From Trichosphaerium sp. ATCC 40318 (taxonomy: Eukaryota > Protista > Tubulinea), in assembly GCA_038496445.1 (NCBI GenBank), contig JALMLS010000166.1:27275-91274 (forward strand): DNA of 64,000 nucleotides, read 5' to 3'. Below the pieces are notes generated by a model. That model had not been told where the DNA came from, ran no database searches, and saw nothing but the letters and a program-made list of their open reading frames with translations. Below, one piece after another: positions 36,110 to 50,452 of this stretch. Both the position numbers and the translations under genes were made by a program. Within the stretch, counting starts at the first letter, position 1, and each line of letters starts with the position of its first letter.

Positions 36110-36670
36110 ATTGCGTACAACGTTTTTTAAAACAATAAATCTTAAAGGTCAACAAGTTTCCTGTTTGATTCTCCACGTGACTTGTAGTTAGTGTAGTACT
36201 AATATCAATAACCGGGATTGCTTCTGATACAAGCAAGACATTCAAGACAAAGCCATCAGACAACTAAGAATTCGATCTTGTGAGTTCTTGACTATACTTC
36301 CAAATATCACAATCTGTTATTCTTATCAAAGCTCTACTCACTTTCTGCCATGTTTTAGTTACAATATCTTGCACCTCGCCTGAATACACACTAATGCCCT
36401 TCCGTTACTCATGAATACTACGTATATTCAAATACAGCCAGTGTTCATGAGTTAAAAAATTCATTCATTACTATTCATACTATTTGCCTGACAGTAAACG
36501 GTCAAGAAGTTTGCGCGTTGACGGATTGACTTACGCCCACAAATACCACACATACAACTTTGATAGCGTTCGTGGGTTGTTATTAAAAAACCATCATTGG
36601 TACTTTGCTAAGGTAGACAATCTGGCAATACTACACACATAAAGTGCTGCCAGTAGGTTTATATTGTGTT

Positions 36671-38119
36671 TTACACATGTGACAAATATCGCTTTTTTTG
36701 GCCGCCAAAGTAAACTGTCAAGATTTGGATATGTGAGTGACCAGTTGCCAGTACCAGTTTTCGTACTATTCGTGCATCACCTAAAGCCTTGATGCCTTTT
36801 TTTGTAACATGCATACAACTCGTTATATTGATTGCATATACACCCGCCAGTGCCTTTATGCCATCATCTGTAATATTATTACAGTAGGACACGTCTATCT
36901 CATGAACACCAGCTAAAGCTTTAACCCCTTTGTCTGTTACAAGGGTACAGCGTCTCAACTTAATTGAGTAAACTCCAGCTAGTACTTTAATTCCATCATC
37001 TGTTATCTTAGTACAATCACTCAAGTCAATTGTATGAACGCCTGCCAGTGATTTAATACCATCATCTGTTATCTTAGTACAATTACTCAAGTCAATTTTA
37101 TGAACGCCTGCCAGTGATTTAATAACATCATCTGTCACATTGCAATTCCAGAGACGAATAGTGTGAACGCCACCCAAAGCCTTAATACCAGCATCTGTAA
37201 CTTTTGTACGTGATAGACCAATTGTATGAACACCAGCAAGTGCTTTAACACCTTCATCTGTAACAAGTTTGCAGCCCGATAAATCAATATTGTGAATGCC
37301 AGCAAATGATTTAACACAATCATCTGTAACATTTGTGCTACAAAGATTAATCGTATGAACTCCAGCTACACCTAGTGCTTTGATAGATTCCTCTGTAACC
37401 TTCAAATACCCTAAAGAAATGGTATGAACACGTGCTTGTGCTAGCGCCTTAATACAACCATCTGTTATGTTCCTACAATGACTAATATCAATCGAGTGAA
37501 TGCTTCCTGCAAGTAACAATGTTTTAATACCATCATCTGTAACATCTGTTCCTTGTACATTAAGTGTTTGAACACCAACTAAAGCCTTAATACTGTCATC
37601 TGTGATACGCTTGAAACCACCACATTCTCTCAAGTCAATCATATGAACACCGGCTAATGCTTTAACACCTTCATCTGTAACATATGTGTTGCATAATTTA
37701 ATTTTACGTATTCCAGCAAGTTGTTTAAGATGATCATCGGTCACGTTATAACAGTAAGAAAAGTCAATGCCATCAATTACATTAAAGTCTGTAAAATCAA
37801 CTTTTTGGTTAACTTCCTTCAGTTTAAGGGCATAAGCATCTTGTAGGTACTTTAAGTCTTTTTGTTTGATAGTGTAGTCAATGGCAATTGTATGTTTCTT
37901 TATGAGGAATGGGGCTTCCTTGAATAGACGTCTAAGCTTTTTTCTTGTATTCATTCGTATACTTCTCCTGTCGTCATACCCCAAGTGCTGTATCGCGACA
38001 TTGGATAATAATTTAGATGTATGTACTACTGAGCGCATAGATAACACGGAAGCAAACCGTAGAATATGAATAATGACTTCAACGGGGATCTCATCAAAGA
38101 ATGCGCTGTCTGAGTTCAT
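36671..38119 (-). CDS. Intronless F-box + LRR protein
   Basis: Likely start MNSDSAFFDEIPVEVIIHILRF (F-box), then GVHTIDL..C..ITDDGIKAL repeats; close paralogue of 62511+. Confidence 0.9.
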   Translation of the reverse strand: MNSDSAFFDEIPVEVIIHILRFASVLSMRSVVHTSKLLSNVAIQHLGYDDRRSIRMNTRKKLRRLFKEAPFLIKKHTIAIDYTIKQKDLKYLQDAYALKLKEVNQKVDFTDFNVIDGIDFSYCYNVTDDHLKQLAGIRKIKLCNTYVTDEGVKALAGVHMIDLRECGGFKRITDDSIKALVGVQTLNVQGTDVTDDGIKTLLLAGSIHSIDISHCRNITDGCIKALAQARVHTISLGYLKVTEESIKALGVAGVHTINLCSTNVTDDCVKSFAGIHNIDLSGCKLVTDEGVKALAGVHTIGLSRTKVTDAGIKALGGVHTIRLWNCNVTDDVIKSLAGVHKIDLSNCTKITDDGIKSLAGVHTIDLSDCTKITDDGIKVLAGVYSIKLRRCTLVTDKGVKALAGVHEIDVSYCNNITDDGIKALAGVYAINITSCMHVTKKGIKALGDARIVRKLVLATGHSHIQILTVYFGGQKKRYLSHV

Positions 38120-38641
38120 TTTGTGCACCTTAGTACTACAGGTAGCAGGCGATATGCCTAGAAACAACTTCAAGTAAGTGGGAGCGTAACTATAGCCGGC
38201 AAAACTGCGATTGACCAGGGAACCACGTGGTTTTTCTACAAGAAGAAAAAACGAATATTTTGGGAATGATTTTTGGATTTTAGGTTTTTTTACAGTCCCA
38301 CAAGTGATGTGGGGTTTTTTTTTTGTTTGTTTACTTGTTATCACGTGTTGAGTTTTTTTTTTGGAAATACACGTGATGATTAATGTCTCGAACTGGCAAG
38401 CCAGATATCTGGTAAGATTTATATCTTTTTTTTTCGAGTCCCAGATTGGCTCAAAATCGCCCGAGACGAGCCTAGAGTACAGCATATTTTGTGTTTGAGT
38501 AATTTTACATCTAGAAGAATAAAATAAGTACCCACAAAAACAACTAAAAGTTCAAAAAAAAAAACAAAAAATATAAAAGGGTTATGCTGTGTGTGCCGTA
38601 CCTTGTTTACATTTATTTTTTTGAGAAGGCTAAATTCGAGG

Positions 38642-41600
38642 CTATGTGTAATGAAACGTGCCGAACGTTTCACAAAAGTCTTTACCATCATTACTCACCC
38701 TACAACATCAATAAGAATTCAAAAAAAAAAACACCAAAAAAAAAAACACAAATTTCAAAAAGCTCAAGTTTCTACTACGTACCGAACTTTTACGGTAGTG
38801 CCCACCTTTCCCGGTGGTGTTGTAACAATTAACGTTCCTGATTCATGGAAATGAGCAGTCAATATCTTATCACCGAACCGAACTCGGAGCTTTGGGGAAT
38901 TGTGAAAATTTGAGCCTAAAACCACCACACGCGTATTTCCACCAGGTGTGCCGGTCTGAGGAAGTACTTCTGTTACATTTGGAGGTGGTGGAGGCGAGTT
39001 TTTGCGGTCCGTAAGGTATTGCGTGTGGGAGAAAACTTCAATAGGATTCGAGATGACACAAGCGCCCATAATGGTCTCGAATATATTACCAACGTATTTC
39101 TAAGGAGAGGAAGTTCATTAGTTTAAAAGCACAAACAAATTCTACAAAAAACGGCGCGTAGTTGAGTTTCTAAAATACGCTTCACTTCAAATCGTTCAAA
39201 TTCTTCACGTTGTTTTTCTCTCACCCTTACAAGTACTGTTTTTATAAGCGAAATAAAATGCAAGGCGTTTTTGTGGGGGAAAAAAAAAATAGAGAAATTG
39301 AACGATTTGAACTGTATGTGGTAGTATATAAACTTGTAGTTTGCACGTACTTTTAGTTGGAATTTTAGCCTAAAGAGAGTGCCTTGTTGTTGACTAGTCG
39401 ATAAAATCTTGAGTTTTTTAAACATTCCAAAAACGCCAACAGCTATACGGATGATACGATTACCATCAAGGCAAAGAGGTAGCTCTACTTCAGAATCAGA
39501 TCGTAATAACGTAGCCTCTACGAAAAGATTGGACGAAGGAGAAACCATCGCTGGATTATTTACTAAACAAACGAGGTAAGCAAATCAATAACCACACAAA
39601 GAACAAAACAGGAAGTAGCGTAAATAAGATTTACGCACCAATTAACATGATAGCTGGGAACGGCTTCAATATCCTTTGATACACTGTTTTGGCAGGTGGT
39701 TGCTTGGCTATACGCAATTGGAACTGCCTAAAGTAGTGGTAAGCAAAGGTAGATTAAAAAAAGCAAAAAAAAACTGAAAAGACCAAAAAATCAGAAAATA
39801 AGAACCACGCACATTTGTTGAGGAGCATCAAGAGGATTAAAAAATTCATACTCGCGATCAGCGGGCATTGGTGGAGGAGAAGACGTTGCTAGGGCAGTAG
39901 GGATCGTTTCTGCGTTTGGAGGAGTAGACGACATTATCTAAAAGCACACGGTAAGCCAAAGAAAAAACAAGCTATTTCACGACAGATAAAAAATGCGCAA
40001 TGCCGACGTGTTTCAAAAAAATACGTCATATTTTCTTAACTGTACCAAAAATTTTGAAAACTGAAATAAAGGGTCGTAGCGTGGTGATGACAATCAAATA
40101 TACGTACCATAGACTGAACTTCTGGTCGGTAATTATCATCTCCGTTATTTCTATTTCTTCTAGAACGCCTTTGTTGTTGAATTGGTTGAGCAGTTATAAT
40201 TGGTTCTGTGGTAGGCAAGTGACTCTCCTCAAGCGCAATCCCCATAATAGGAGGTGACGAAGCTGTAAAAGCCGCTTTGAAAGGATCTCCAAAAGCATGA
40301 TTTCCGTCTACAACTCATGTGTGAGTACTCGCAATTTATAGGGGTTAAAACTCCAAGTGAAGAAACTCTCCATTGTTGTGGTAATTAACAAAACACCATT
40401 AACAAAAAATAACACAAAACGCACCAGAGAATAACTCCATGTCACTGCTGAGGTGTAGTGGAGGCGCAGGTATGTCATTAACAAATTCCATGGTCTCTGG
40501 TTGATGATAAAATCTACAATTGTTAGCCACAGAAAGTGTAACGCAAGAGTAAAAAAAAAAATGACCAAAGTACTTCAGAAAACAAACAAAAAAAAAGATT
40601 TATTTTTCCACAGTTTTTTGTACTGTGCTTGTTGATGCAACACAATGACGCTATTTTGCCGTCCATAAAAGAGATTTATAATCAATTCAATGTAATAACA
40701 AATAAAACAAGTTCCACAATGGTGGTGAAGCAACAAATTTGAACAAAAAAAATTAAACAAGAAGAAAAAAAAAAAAGTGCCAAAGCATACCGACTGTCGT
40801 GTTCCATTTGTCTTGTAGCAGAGTGTAATTTCTTCGTTACAGGTTCTCTTATACCCATACCTCTGCTCTGGGCTATATCGTTGTTTATAGTCTTACTAGA
40901 ATTAATTGTGTCGCTCGATTTTGTATTTCCCCAACGATCGCGCTTAGTGCCCAATGACGCAGCGTTTTGAACGTCATAGTGTTCAGGTATAGGTGTAGTA
41001 ATCCTTCTTTTAATTTCGATCAAGACAGCAGGCTCCATCTGTAAGAGGTTCACCATTAGAATCAAGTGGTTTTTAGGAAGCGCCTCGATCCACCTTTTGA
41101 ACGGTTCTAGTTCTTCCATGGGTAATTTTAATAGCTCAATGATCAAATGTAATAGTTCCATGGGTAATTGCGTCTCCAACTGCAAAAGTTTTTGTCTTTC
41201 GAGATGCAGCGGCGTTTCAGACAAAATTTTGTTGTACCGTGTTAAAACGTCGTAGGTCCATTGCGAAAATTGCTTTTGTAACTTGTCAAGGAACGCCAGT
41301 TGCTGTTCTGGCGAACCTGGTGGAATCGTGTTGTTTGTAAGATGTAGCAGCTGCAAGTAGCTAATTGACTGCAAAATATGTTGTACTTGGCGTAGATCTA
41401 ATAAAAGACGAAAGCCAACTTCGTTTTCAGGAGGGTTGCGCAACATCTCGTCCAGTTTGTCTGAATTCTTGTGTAGCAGTTCAGGGGCGGTTTGAAACAT
41501 CTTACCGAGTAAAGGGACACGCATTTCGCCTGGTATTTGAGGTTGGACGACAGTTGTAAGCGAAACAAGGCAGGCGGGTAGATCTCGCCCTAGGGCGTGG

Positions 41601-41677
41601 AGAGACTCCAAAAAGTCGAGTAATAAACGTAGTTGTCCATTGTCATAGTCCGTAACCGTATCAGCCATAGTTGCCAT
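38642..41677 (-). CDS. CudA-like transcription factor with C-terminal IPT/TIG domain (multi-exon)
   Basis: QLRIAKQPPAKTVYQRILKPFP, FKKLKILSTSQQQGTLFRLKFQL, SNPIEVFSHTQYL, IPT domain VTEVLPQTG...VVVLGSNF...VRFG...RVSNDG. The 40682-41677 ORF splices in as exon 1. Confidence 0.8.
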
Positions 41678-42545
41678 TATGCGATGGAAATTGAGACCGT
41701 ACGCACGACGCGGTGTTAATGGTGTACGAAAAACAGGCTGGTCAAGTTTTACTTGCTTTGGCCTTATGTGAAAAAAACGTCGCTAGCTGAAAAGTAGGCT
41801 TGTAGGAGTTGTGATATTGTTCTCAGTGATTTGGAGTTGTGTAGCGTGGTTAAGTAGTTTCTTTGATTGCTTTTTTGTGTATAAAATGCTGCCTTGTCGT
41901 ATTGGGGTTACAGTGGCATAAAAATAAGCGACACGGTTGTTTCGACAAGTTTTTGAGGGTTTAAAGAAAGTGACGTTTTCTGACATCTTGAAGGCTTTTC
42001 TGATACTTGTTACGCATAAGAACCACTTTTTGAGCGTAGGCACAAAGTTTGTGAAATTATTTTAGCAAAAACAATTTACCGTTCTGGCAACCCGCAGACT
42101 ACGTCATTAGCTACTAACACGGCCTAGTTTTTAATTCTCACCTCAGATATTTCAATATTTTCCGCTGTCTACTGCCTAAATTCAACTCTGACGTCCAAAA
42201 CGCTCGTGCATGCTTACACAGCACGGGAAAAACAGATGTTACGTGTACTTATCGTACACTTTTTCGAAATTTGAGCGATCGACCTCCAATTGTTCATTCA
42301 AGATGTCATGACCTCTAACCATGCCGGAGTAAAAACGAAACACGCTACACGTGGTAAAGTGCAATAGAACTTGATATTTGTTTCATCATGTGTATGTATG
42401 TACAAGTTCCTTATTGCGCGGTTCTGATTTTACAAAGTGCGTATTGAGGTTTCTACAAAACGCATTATCGCACGCGGTCGAGGCCGTTCCTCTCCCCGCG
42501 CTAGTGCGATTCTTCATTGTTTTGTTGTTTGTTGGTGTTATTGCT

Positions 42546-43817
42546 TTATCTTCTATCTCTTCTGATACGAACGGAGTGAGATTTTTCTGGCATGCCTTCA
42601 ATAGCATATTGATGACTCTTGATGATCATTATAGGTACACCAGGTATTTTTCTAATGCGTGTTAGCGACAAAAAGTATGGAAATATAAAGCATAGCGCCG
42701 AGGGGCGCTGTTTTCGAGTGTACGAAAGAACACGTTTTTTTTTTCAACCAAAATGAAATGAGCGTAAACTAACCTGATCCGTTTCTTCAAATCCCTATCA
42801 CAAGTAGCAACAATATAACATTTATGCTGTTCTACACGGTTACACAAACAGTCATCCGCATATGTGCCTTTATGAGAGCATTTCAAGCGCATAAATCGTG
42901 GATCTTTGGCAATCCTGAAGTAAAGAGCGTTAGTCATTTACTTTTTTTTTTTTACTGTTTGATATTTGACAGATAGACCAACGTGTCAATTAATTTTTGA
43001 AGTTGGTGCACAATTTTTTTTTGAACGTCCAAAGTGTAGGGAAAAGGATTACGTACTTTAAAGCTAAATTATATTTTTGACCAAATTTTTCGAGTTCTCC
43101 GTAAACACAGTCTGTTATACATGGAATAGCTATAATAAAACTGTCAAAATTTATAGAACTACATTGCGAGGTCAATTCGCAATTTGGACGGTTGACAGGT
43201 GCGTAGTTGTGATAATTAATTTGATTTTTTTTTTAAATGTTCTCAAAGCGTCATGATGTGCAGTTTGTTTTACTTTGGTGCTGTGTACGTACCTTTGGCG
43301 AGTAGGCAATCGATAAGACCTTTTACAACTTCAATTCTGTTTGAAATTGAAAACAGAATGAAATTGGTGTCGAGAATAACGTAGTATGGAGGTCCAAGTT
43401 GTGTATTGTGAGAGAACCACAATGCAGAGGATTTTCGTGGTCTACAAAAAAATGTAAGATGCACAGCAGTTACGTTTTCAGAGCTTTTAGGCGCGAGTTG
43501 CGCGTCCGCGTGTTGATTACAGCATGTTGCGCATAGAAAGAAAAAGAAGCGAATGTGTAAAGGACATGGCACTTACTTGAGTGTGAGTCTCTCCTCTCTC
43601 TCCTTCTTTTCGTTCTCTCGTTTTTCAGCTTTAGATTGGGCACTGCGCCTAATTATTGGTGTAAATGGCGTTGATATATTAATGTATGTACACGTACAAT
43701 CTACTGTCTTTGTGTGAAATGACTTTTTTCCTTTTAAACGTCTGCGCTCCTAAACTCTTTGTACGGCGACCCTATTATATTACAATTAGTTTCTGGGTAC
43801 AATCCTAAGCGCACCAT
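42546..43817 (-). CDS. FCF1: rRNA-processing PIN endonuclease Fcf1/Utp24 (multi-exon)
   Basis: [58 protein letters not shown]|KIPGVPIM. Confidence 0.95.
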
Positions 43818-44030
43818 TGTTCTGCAGCTTGTTAAACGAAAATCGGTGAAAATCGGTTAAGTTCGTAACACCAAACACTTAATACTACCCCAAACAGACG
43901 CAAAACGTCACTCAATCTCACAAATTCAAGCTGACTGCGTCGTAACAACTATCATCATGAGTATACCGCCCTCTAGCAATTTGTAAAGTTCAGACGGTTT
44001 TTTTTTCCTGTTACAACAACTTGGATTCCA

Positions 44031-46027
44031 ATGAGCACCGACCTAGCATTCCTCTCAAGCATTTCGTTTGGAAACGAAACTCACTCAATTCACAGCAAAC
44101 GAAACAAGCCGAAGAGAAAGGCCAGCACATCGCATAAACACCAGCAAGTGAATAAAAGACAGAAACAAGACTCTACACAAAAAGATGGTAAAAAACGGCA
44201 ACCTTCAGAAGTTAAGCAACGAGCGCGTGGGGAGAGCAAATCCTTGGAAGATAACAAAAGATCTCACGTTACAAACGCAACCAACACATCTACAAACAAA
44301 ATGACTAAAACTGCCGATCGCAATGGAAACACACGCGCAAGGCGTAGCATGAGGTACCTTTTCTTACCTTACTTGCTTTCAATCACAATTAAAAGGCCTC
44401 ACCAAAATTACAAAAAAACCGTTTGACGCGCTCCTTTTGCGAGTTCATCGCTTACAATTCGATAATCTTTTTATGACGTTATGAGGTGTTTGACCGTATT
44501 AAATGTTTCTTAGCACGGCTGATAGAGACTTCCTGACCGCCATTCCATTCAGTTCTGGATCGGTACGTTGTAGAGAAAGCACGAACCTTTACTTCTCCGA
44601 AAGAAATTGTCAAAAAGTTACTTTGTTCGGCTATTTCTCTGAAACCACCAGACGCTCTTCACAGCTTTTATTGTTCAAAATTGATGTGCTCACGTATTAT
44701 AGATATCAAATCCACCCACCCCACGCAAAAAGAAGCAGCGCGGCAAATCAAAAGAATCAACAGAAGCAACCCGACCTATTAAACAAACAGAACGTTCTCG
44801 CGCATCAAGGTAATAACGCGTTATCGAAATCCTATTTTTTGTTTTTTTTTCTCGAATTACAGTTTAACCGTTTTTTATTGTAAACTACGCGTAGTACCTT
44901 TTTATATTCATCGCCTTTTGACCTTATTTTAGTGATGCAGATGTACTAAAAGGGAGTAAACTACTCGCTAAACGATTATTACTTGCAACCAAGAACAATT
45001 TGCCTCTAGCTGTTTTTTCTGTTTTGCCTCCGAACTATGGAGGCTCATCGACGTCTCGTGCTAATGTGCTAGCGTAAGTACTTGAGTAACAGTATTGAAA
45101 CCTAATTTTCTTGTAGACCGATCAAAGCTGAAGTTTTAAAGATTTCAAAACCTCCAGAGCACGGTGTATCGTGGTCAACGCTCTTGAGTGTGTACGTGCC
45201 TGTCTTCTAGAATTTTGACATATTTGCTAATACAGCGTTTAGAGAGCAGCCTGCTTATGACCCAGCTGTGTTGATGGAAGTACAAGCCCAGCGATCATTC
45301 AACATGAATTTGCCTTTTTGTAGAGTACGTGAAGTTCTATTATTCGTCAATTAATGTTGGTTGTAGAGTTCGGTTATACCGTGGGTGAGCAAAAGTGATT
45401 TAAAAGAAGATATCAACGAAGCTTTTCGAGAAAAAAATACGTGGCTCACTACCAATATCAATTTGAGCAATATACGCAGTGTGGAACGCAAGCTACTATT
45501 GTGTGCTCTTAAATGCAGCAAGGTAACGTTTGTTTTTTTTCTTGTTGTACTTGTAGTACTCACTTTTCTGTTAGTATATTGACGTTACATCTGTTGCTAT
45601 GGCTCAAGCGTATTTTGAAAAATTAGTTGTAAAGAATGTGGTTGATACTAGTACCCATAAATCATATGGCGCTGCGTGTCTTTACGTGGCTCATAAGTTC
45701 AATACGCCGATGTTGCCAAGCGAGATCAGGGCATCCTTAAAACCGATTCAAGAGGTAACTTAACAACACTCCTGCTTTTTTCTCTTAATGTTACCTTAGG
45801 TCATTCACTCGCTGTTTAGCGTGTCTCGTGCAGACCTCCTTTGCGCCGAACTTCAAGTTCTTATGCTCTTGGGTTTCTCTCTTGTTTTAACCCCAGAAGA
45901 ATACGTTCCACACTTGAAGAAGCTTGGGGCAACACGAGAATATCAAGATTCCTTATTTTCAAAAGTCAGAACGAATAACGCCAATCCAAAGACGCTTTTC
46001 GATAGTAATTTTAAAGGTGTACCCTAG
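44031..46027 (+). CDS. CABLES-like cyclin-box protein (multi-exon; ends approximate)
   Basis: N-terminal LAFLSSISFG; C-terminal VAMAQAYFEKLVVK..AACLYVAHKFN..DLL.AEL.VL..LGFSL...EYVPH. Confidence 0.75.
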
Positions 46028-46149
46028 TGGGCCACGCCTTATCGTTGACACAACGAAAACCAAAATATTAAACCTGTACATAAAATTTTTTATTCCTCCG
46101 ATTTTGATCTTCTACTACTATTATTTACACTGTTGTTACTCTTTGAATC

Positions 46150-47370
46150 AGTTTTTGAGCTTCTTGAAGGTCGTCTCGAGGCTACTTGAGGGATGTCGAG
46201 GGTGCCTATGCGAGCAGTTGTGATCTGTATTGAGACCAACTCAGAGCTTTCTGTCATAGTTGTGCTATTAGCCTCTTCGTTTGTTTGAGATACCTCTGGA
46301 CTGTCATTCTTCTGGCTATTCTTCCGCGCCTTTGGTCGAGTTTTTGGGCTTGATTCTGATGGTGTAAACTTATATTCACTCTCAACTATTCATACAAGTC
46401 AGTACAATGTAAACTGAAGAACGGCTGGACTACTTACCACTTGGCTCAACTGAATGAGAATTTGTGTTCTCGGATTCTTTTGCTACCTGGTCTTCTTTTT
46501 TGTTCCAAGCTAGTAGTAATATTAACGTGGCAGCACAACGTCATTCTCGTACTCTGTATAAGTGCTGCTTGAGATCTTCTTTTCTTCTTTTTCTTCTCCT
46601 TCAAGTTTGAGACGTTGGAACGTTTTCGAGCCATCTTATAGTCCAAGTTCCCTTCTGACGCCATTAACTGTGAGAAGGAGTTAGGGTAAGCTTGTATAAA
46701 ACGTAAACTAAAGGCTAAGCGTACTCTCTTGGTTTGCAACGCTGCTTCTTCTTCGCTACTTGATTCTCTTTTGGGTATAAGCGGTTTCTCGTTTCAGATG
46801 GTGCGTACGTGTCGGTTGTATCTCGCTCGCTGAACTCAGAATCATCTACCAAGTCACCTTTCTAGAAGCAACATATTAGCACGAGGCCTCGTATTTCAAG
46901 GTTTCGACGAAGGAATCTGAGAAACCGTTACAACAAGGCGTACATAACTCTCTTGAGACATAACCTATAATGTATATAAGAGTGTGTATTTAATCAATCG
47001 CGAAATACCTGTGGTGTCTTATTACTTGTCCGTCTAGAATCACATTTTTCGTGTAAATGGTTTGGAATGTGTAGTTTTCCCGAGCAGAACAAGTCGAGTT
47101 TAGATTGCTTACTCTTCGCTAACCCATCTTCCGCTGATGGCTGTGAAAATATGGAATCTTCTGTTCTCACGACAGGTCTTCGTGGAAGTGTATCCGTCAT
47201 TGCAAGTCTAGAAGGCTTAGGTTTTATTTTTCTCCTTGCGTATTTCTCATTGTCAACGTGAATGCCACGTCTTTCTCTACATCCATTGCACAAAGATTTA
47301 CGTTGCTTCCAAACAAGTAAAACAACGGCACATGTAAGGGCAGCAGCGAATATACATAAAACACCTTAAA
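46150..47370 (-). CDS. Hypothetical single-pass membrane protein with low-complexity basic cytoplasmic tail
   Basis: GVLCIFAAALTCAVVLLVWKQRK transmembrane segment plus stop-transfer signal, followed by several GT-AG-bounded exons. Confidence 0.45.
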
Positions 47371-49699
47371 CGAGGTAAGAAAAAAGTGATTGAAATGCGT
47401 TTATTGTTTTGACGAAAAAATAAAAAAAAGTTTTACCGTTTGGCGGTATCAAACGACACAGTCGCTTGAAGGACCTTAGGTTACGTACTTAGGGAGATAC
47501 GGTATGCTAGCAATGTTTTAGTACTAGTTTCCCCGTTATTTTGCCTGCTATTGTCTCGTGGTGTGCTCGTCTAACGGTTTTAGCTGTAAAAACGTTATTT
47601 TAGAGAAATATGCAATTACCTGGCATAAAGCAATTAGCGGCAGTAATAAAACTACTACGAGTAGCTTTAAACTATACCCCCAGATACGTTCGGACATAAG
47701 CGAAGCGGTTTACTAGTTGCTAAATTGAAAACAAGGAAATTTCTTTTTTTTTTGGGTTCTTTGCTTTCTCTGTTACGTTTGGTAGCTTAAAATCTAAGGA
47801 AAGTACTATTGAACCTTGGATTTGGCCTATATCTGCAGTAATTGGATTTCAGCGTTGAACCGAGAATTCCTCCGCTACACCACTCTGGACGCCCATAAAA
47901 TGGTTTTAATACGCAAAGGAGCCACTTTGAGGTGTAAAGCACAAAACTACTAAAAACAAAGCACAAAGAGGAAAAACTCCAAAACTAAGCCAAGAATTGC
48001 GACTATAAGATTAAACGTTGAGTGAGAATGTTTGATCATTCTTCAGCGGTTTAAGATGGCCAAAGTGGTTTGTTTTATCATGTTTTTCGGTGTACTTTAA
48101 ACGCGCTGTTACAACGTATACACCTATGATGTTTGTAGTTGCTTGTGATGAGAAACTAAGTAGTTTTGTTGGATGACATCTCATTCTCGACTGCAGCAAT
48201 TTGGCGAAGTAAACTAGGTTTACATGACGTACCACAGTTTAGTCTAACAATGACTTGTTCTTGGGCTAAATGCAGGATGTAAAAAAGTATAGAGACATTT
48301 GGTTGTATAGTCTTTGATCGCCTGCCAGGCCGGTACCGGACCGTTGCCAGTTCTATGTGTTACTACTGGTTAAAGATATGTTAGGTATCGTATTCATTGG
48401 TAGAAAAGCTTAGTATGCTAGTAACTGTATTGTATTTTAACTTGTTAAAATCATTCATAGAAAGTGTCTCCTAGTGTCCACGATTTTAGGTAGGCTACTT
48501 CGTATAAATGGTAGAGTCTTGTGACATAGATTCCAAGGGAAGGTTAGGTTCAGGAAGTGATACACGTGATTTTGTGTTCCATATTTTTAAGCTTCATGCG
48601 CAACAGGATACCGTGGGAAGAATATAGAAAAACTATTAGAACACAACCATTGCAACTTGCAATTGTTATTCATTGCAAGTATGTTATTACGTGAATTACC
48701 CTTTTACCGCGAACCGCACGTTTTCAGGAAGAACAAGGTATTGTTAAGTCGTGGTGTATTCAATTGCTCACAAACAACCACCTGTATACTATGACTCTAT
48801 GCTGGGAGAAGAAAGACGAATGCTGTCTTATTTAGTTGACAGCATGTCCGCTAGTCTGGAGCTTTACTGTTTTTTTGTTGGCTGTAACCATAATAATTAC
48901 GGCAACGTACGAAGAGATGTTACTTTAGCACGTGACTTCAACAGTCCTAAACGTCGCTACAAAATTTGGTTAGAGTATTTACCTATTATTTAGTACATGT
49001 AACATAAGCGATCCACGTGCTATTTGTAACCTTTCAAGTACAAATATTGAAGAGTCAGTATGTTGTGATATAGTCTATTGTAATTGTACACAACAGTAAG
49101 TGTATTTAAGTAAGAAAATCTGACACCTAAAGTAGTGGTAATTCTGTTCCCAGTTGCTCTTATATGATTTCAGTATGTTGTACTATTCATGTCTTTGTCG
49201 CTCACGACTTGTATTTTATAGAATAAGTCTGTTGGGGAATGCATAAACGAAGGTAAATGTTGTACACTACTACTTTAAGTTGTTGACTTATTGAACATAA
49301 ATAGGTGGCAATTGTGCAGAAGAGAGGAGACAAATTTGTCAAGTGCAATGCCATACTTGCTGGGTTTTTGAGGCTAGAGTAAGACACTAAATTATGAACT
49401 TTTTCACTTTTGTAGCAGTATAAATGCGTTTGGGAATAGACTGACACATCACGCATGTGAAAAGTCACATGTCTAGTTGTATACAAGCGTTTCGCATTGA
49501 TCTAATGTGGTTTAGTGGAACTATACTTGCTTGTATAACAAAGATGACGTGTGTTGCAGTGGTGAAAATAACCGCTTTTTAAAAAATTTAACTTTTAAAA
49601 CATACGGAGAGTCAGTAGTACATCAAACTGACTACAAGGTAAGGCTTTTTTTGCTAGCCATTATCTTTAAGTTTGACTAAACATGAACCAAGATAGGTG

Positions 49700-50452
49700 A
49701 AAACAGAGTATGCTACTACAACCCAAGCGATTGTTCTGAAATATCTTTTTCTGGAGGTACGCTATCTTGTTCTATTCCTGTTCTCACGTGTGTCGCGGAC
49801 AGGTATACCTCCCGGTGCATGGGTTGTAATAATCATTCTATTCTTTATAGTGATGAGTATAATGATATCAAGCTATTTGCCTTGCCAGTATATATACATA
49901 TGTGACGGTACAGTTGTATGCAATTTATTCTTTTTTATTGAATTCTAATAGGAAACTATGTCGTATGCTTATGGTTTGGTTTTTTGTTGTAGCATCATTA
50001 CTCCACTTGTTATATTTCTTCCAGTACTCCTTCATGCCAGTAAGACTATCATCACACCAATAATACAACATGTTTTCACAATAGCGGCATTCTTCTTTGC
50101 CTGTGTTGGTGCAGGGCTGGTACCGGTGATCACGTGTGATGATATCTACAAACTCCAAAAAAAGTTTGAGATTAACCTTTCCAAAATCACGACCACCTCT
50201 CTTGTCATCACACTGTCATTTACTCAGCTTTTCTTACCTATCAGTGTTACAGCGCCAATAGCGTATATCAGGAAATCAACTGTATTTACAATTGTTACAT
50301 GCTTGTTATTAACAGTACCCCTACTATTGAAAGGTGCCATATTAAGCTGGTGGTTCACACAGAGAACGAACAGGGAAACATCTACCAGTAATATAAAAGA
50401 ACAATCAAACAGCAAGGATGACAGCAACTTTGAACAGGAATCTAGTTTATAA
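49700..50452 (+). CDS. Hypothetical multi-pass membrane protein
   Basis: Several long hydrophobic segments in ORFs 49697-49948 and 49958-50452. Confidence 0.45.

Noticed and set aside
38120-38485. N-terminal extension of the 604-aa LRR ORF
   Set aside because: The paralogues begin at MNSDSAFF/MNQNSAFF, and the duplicate at 62 kb has an insertion in this upstream DNA, so it is likely non-coding.
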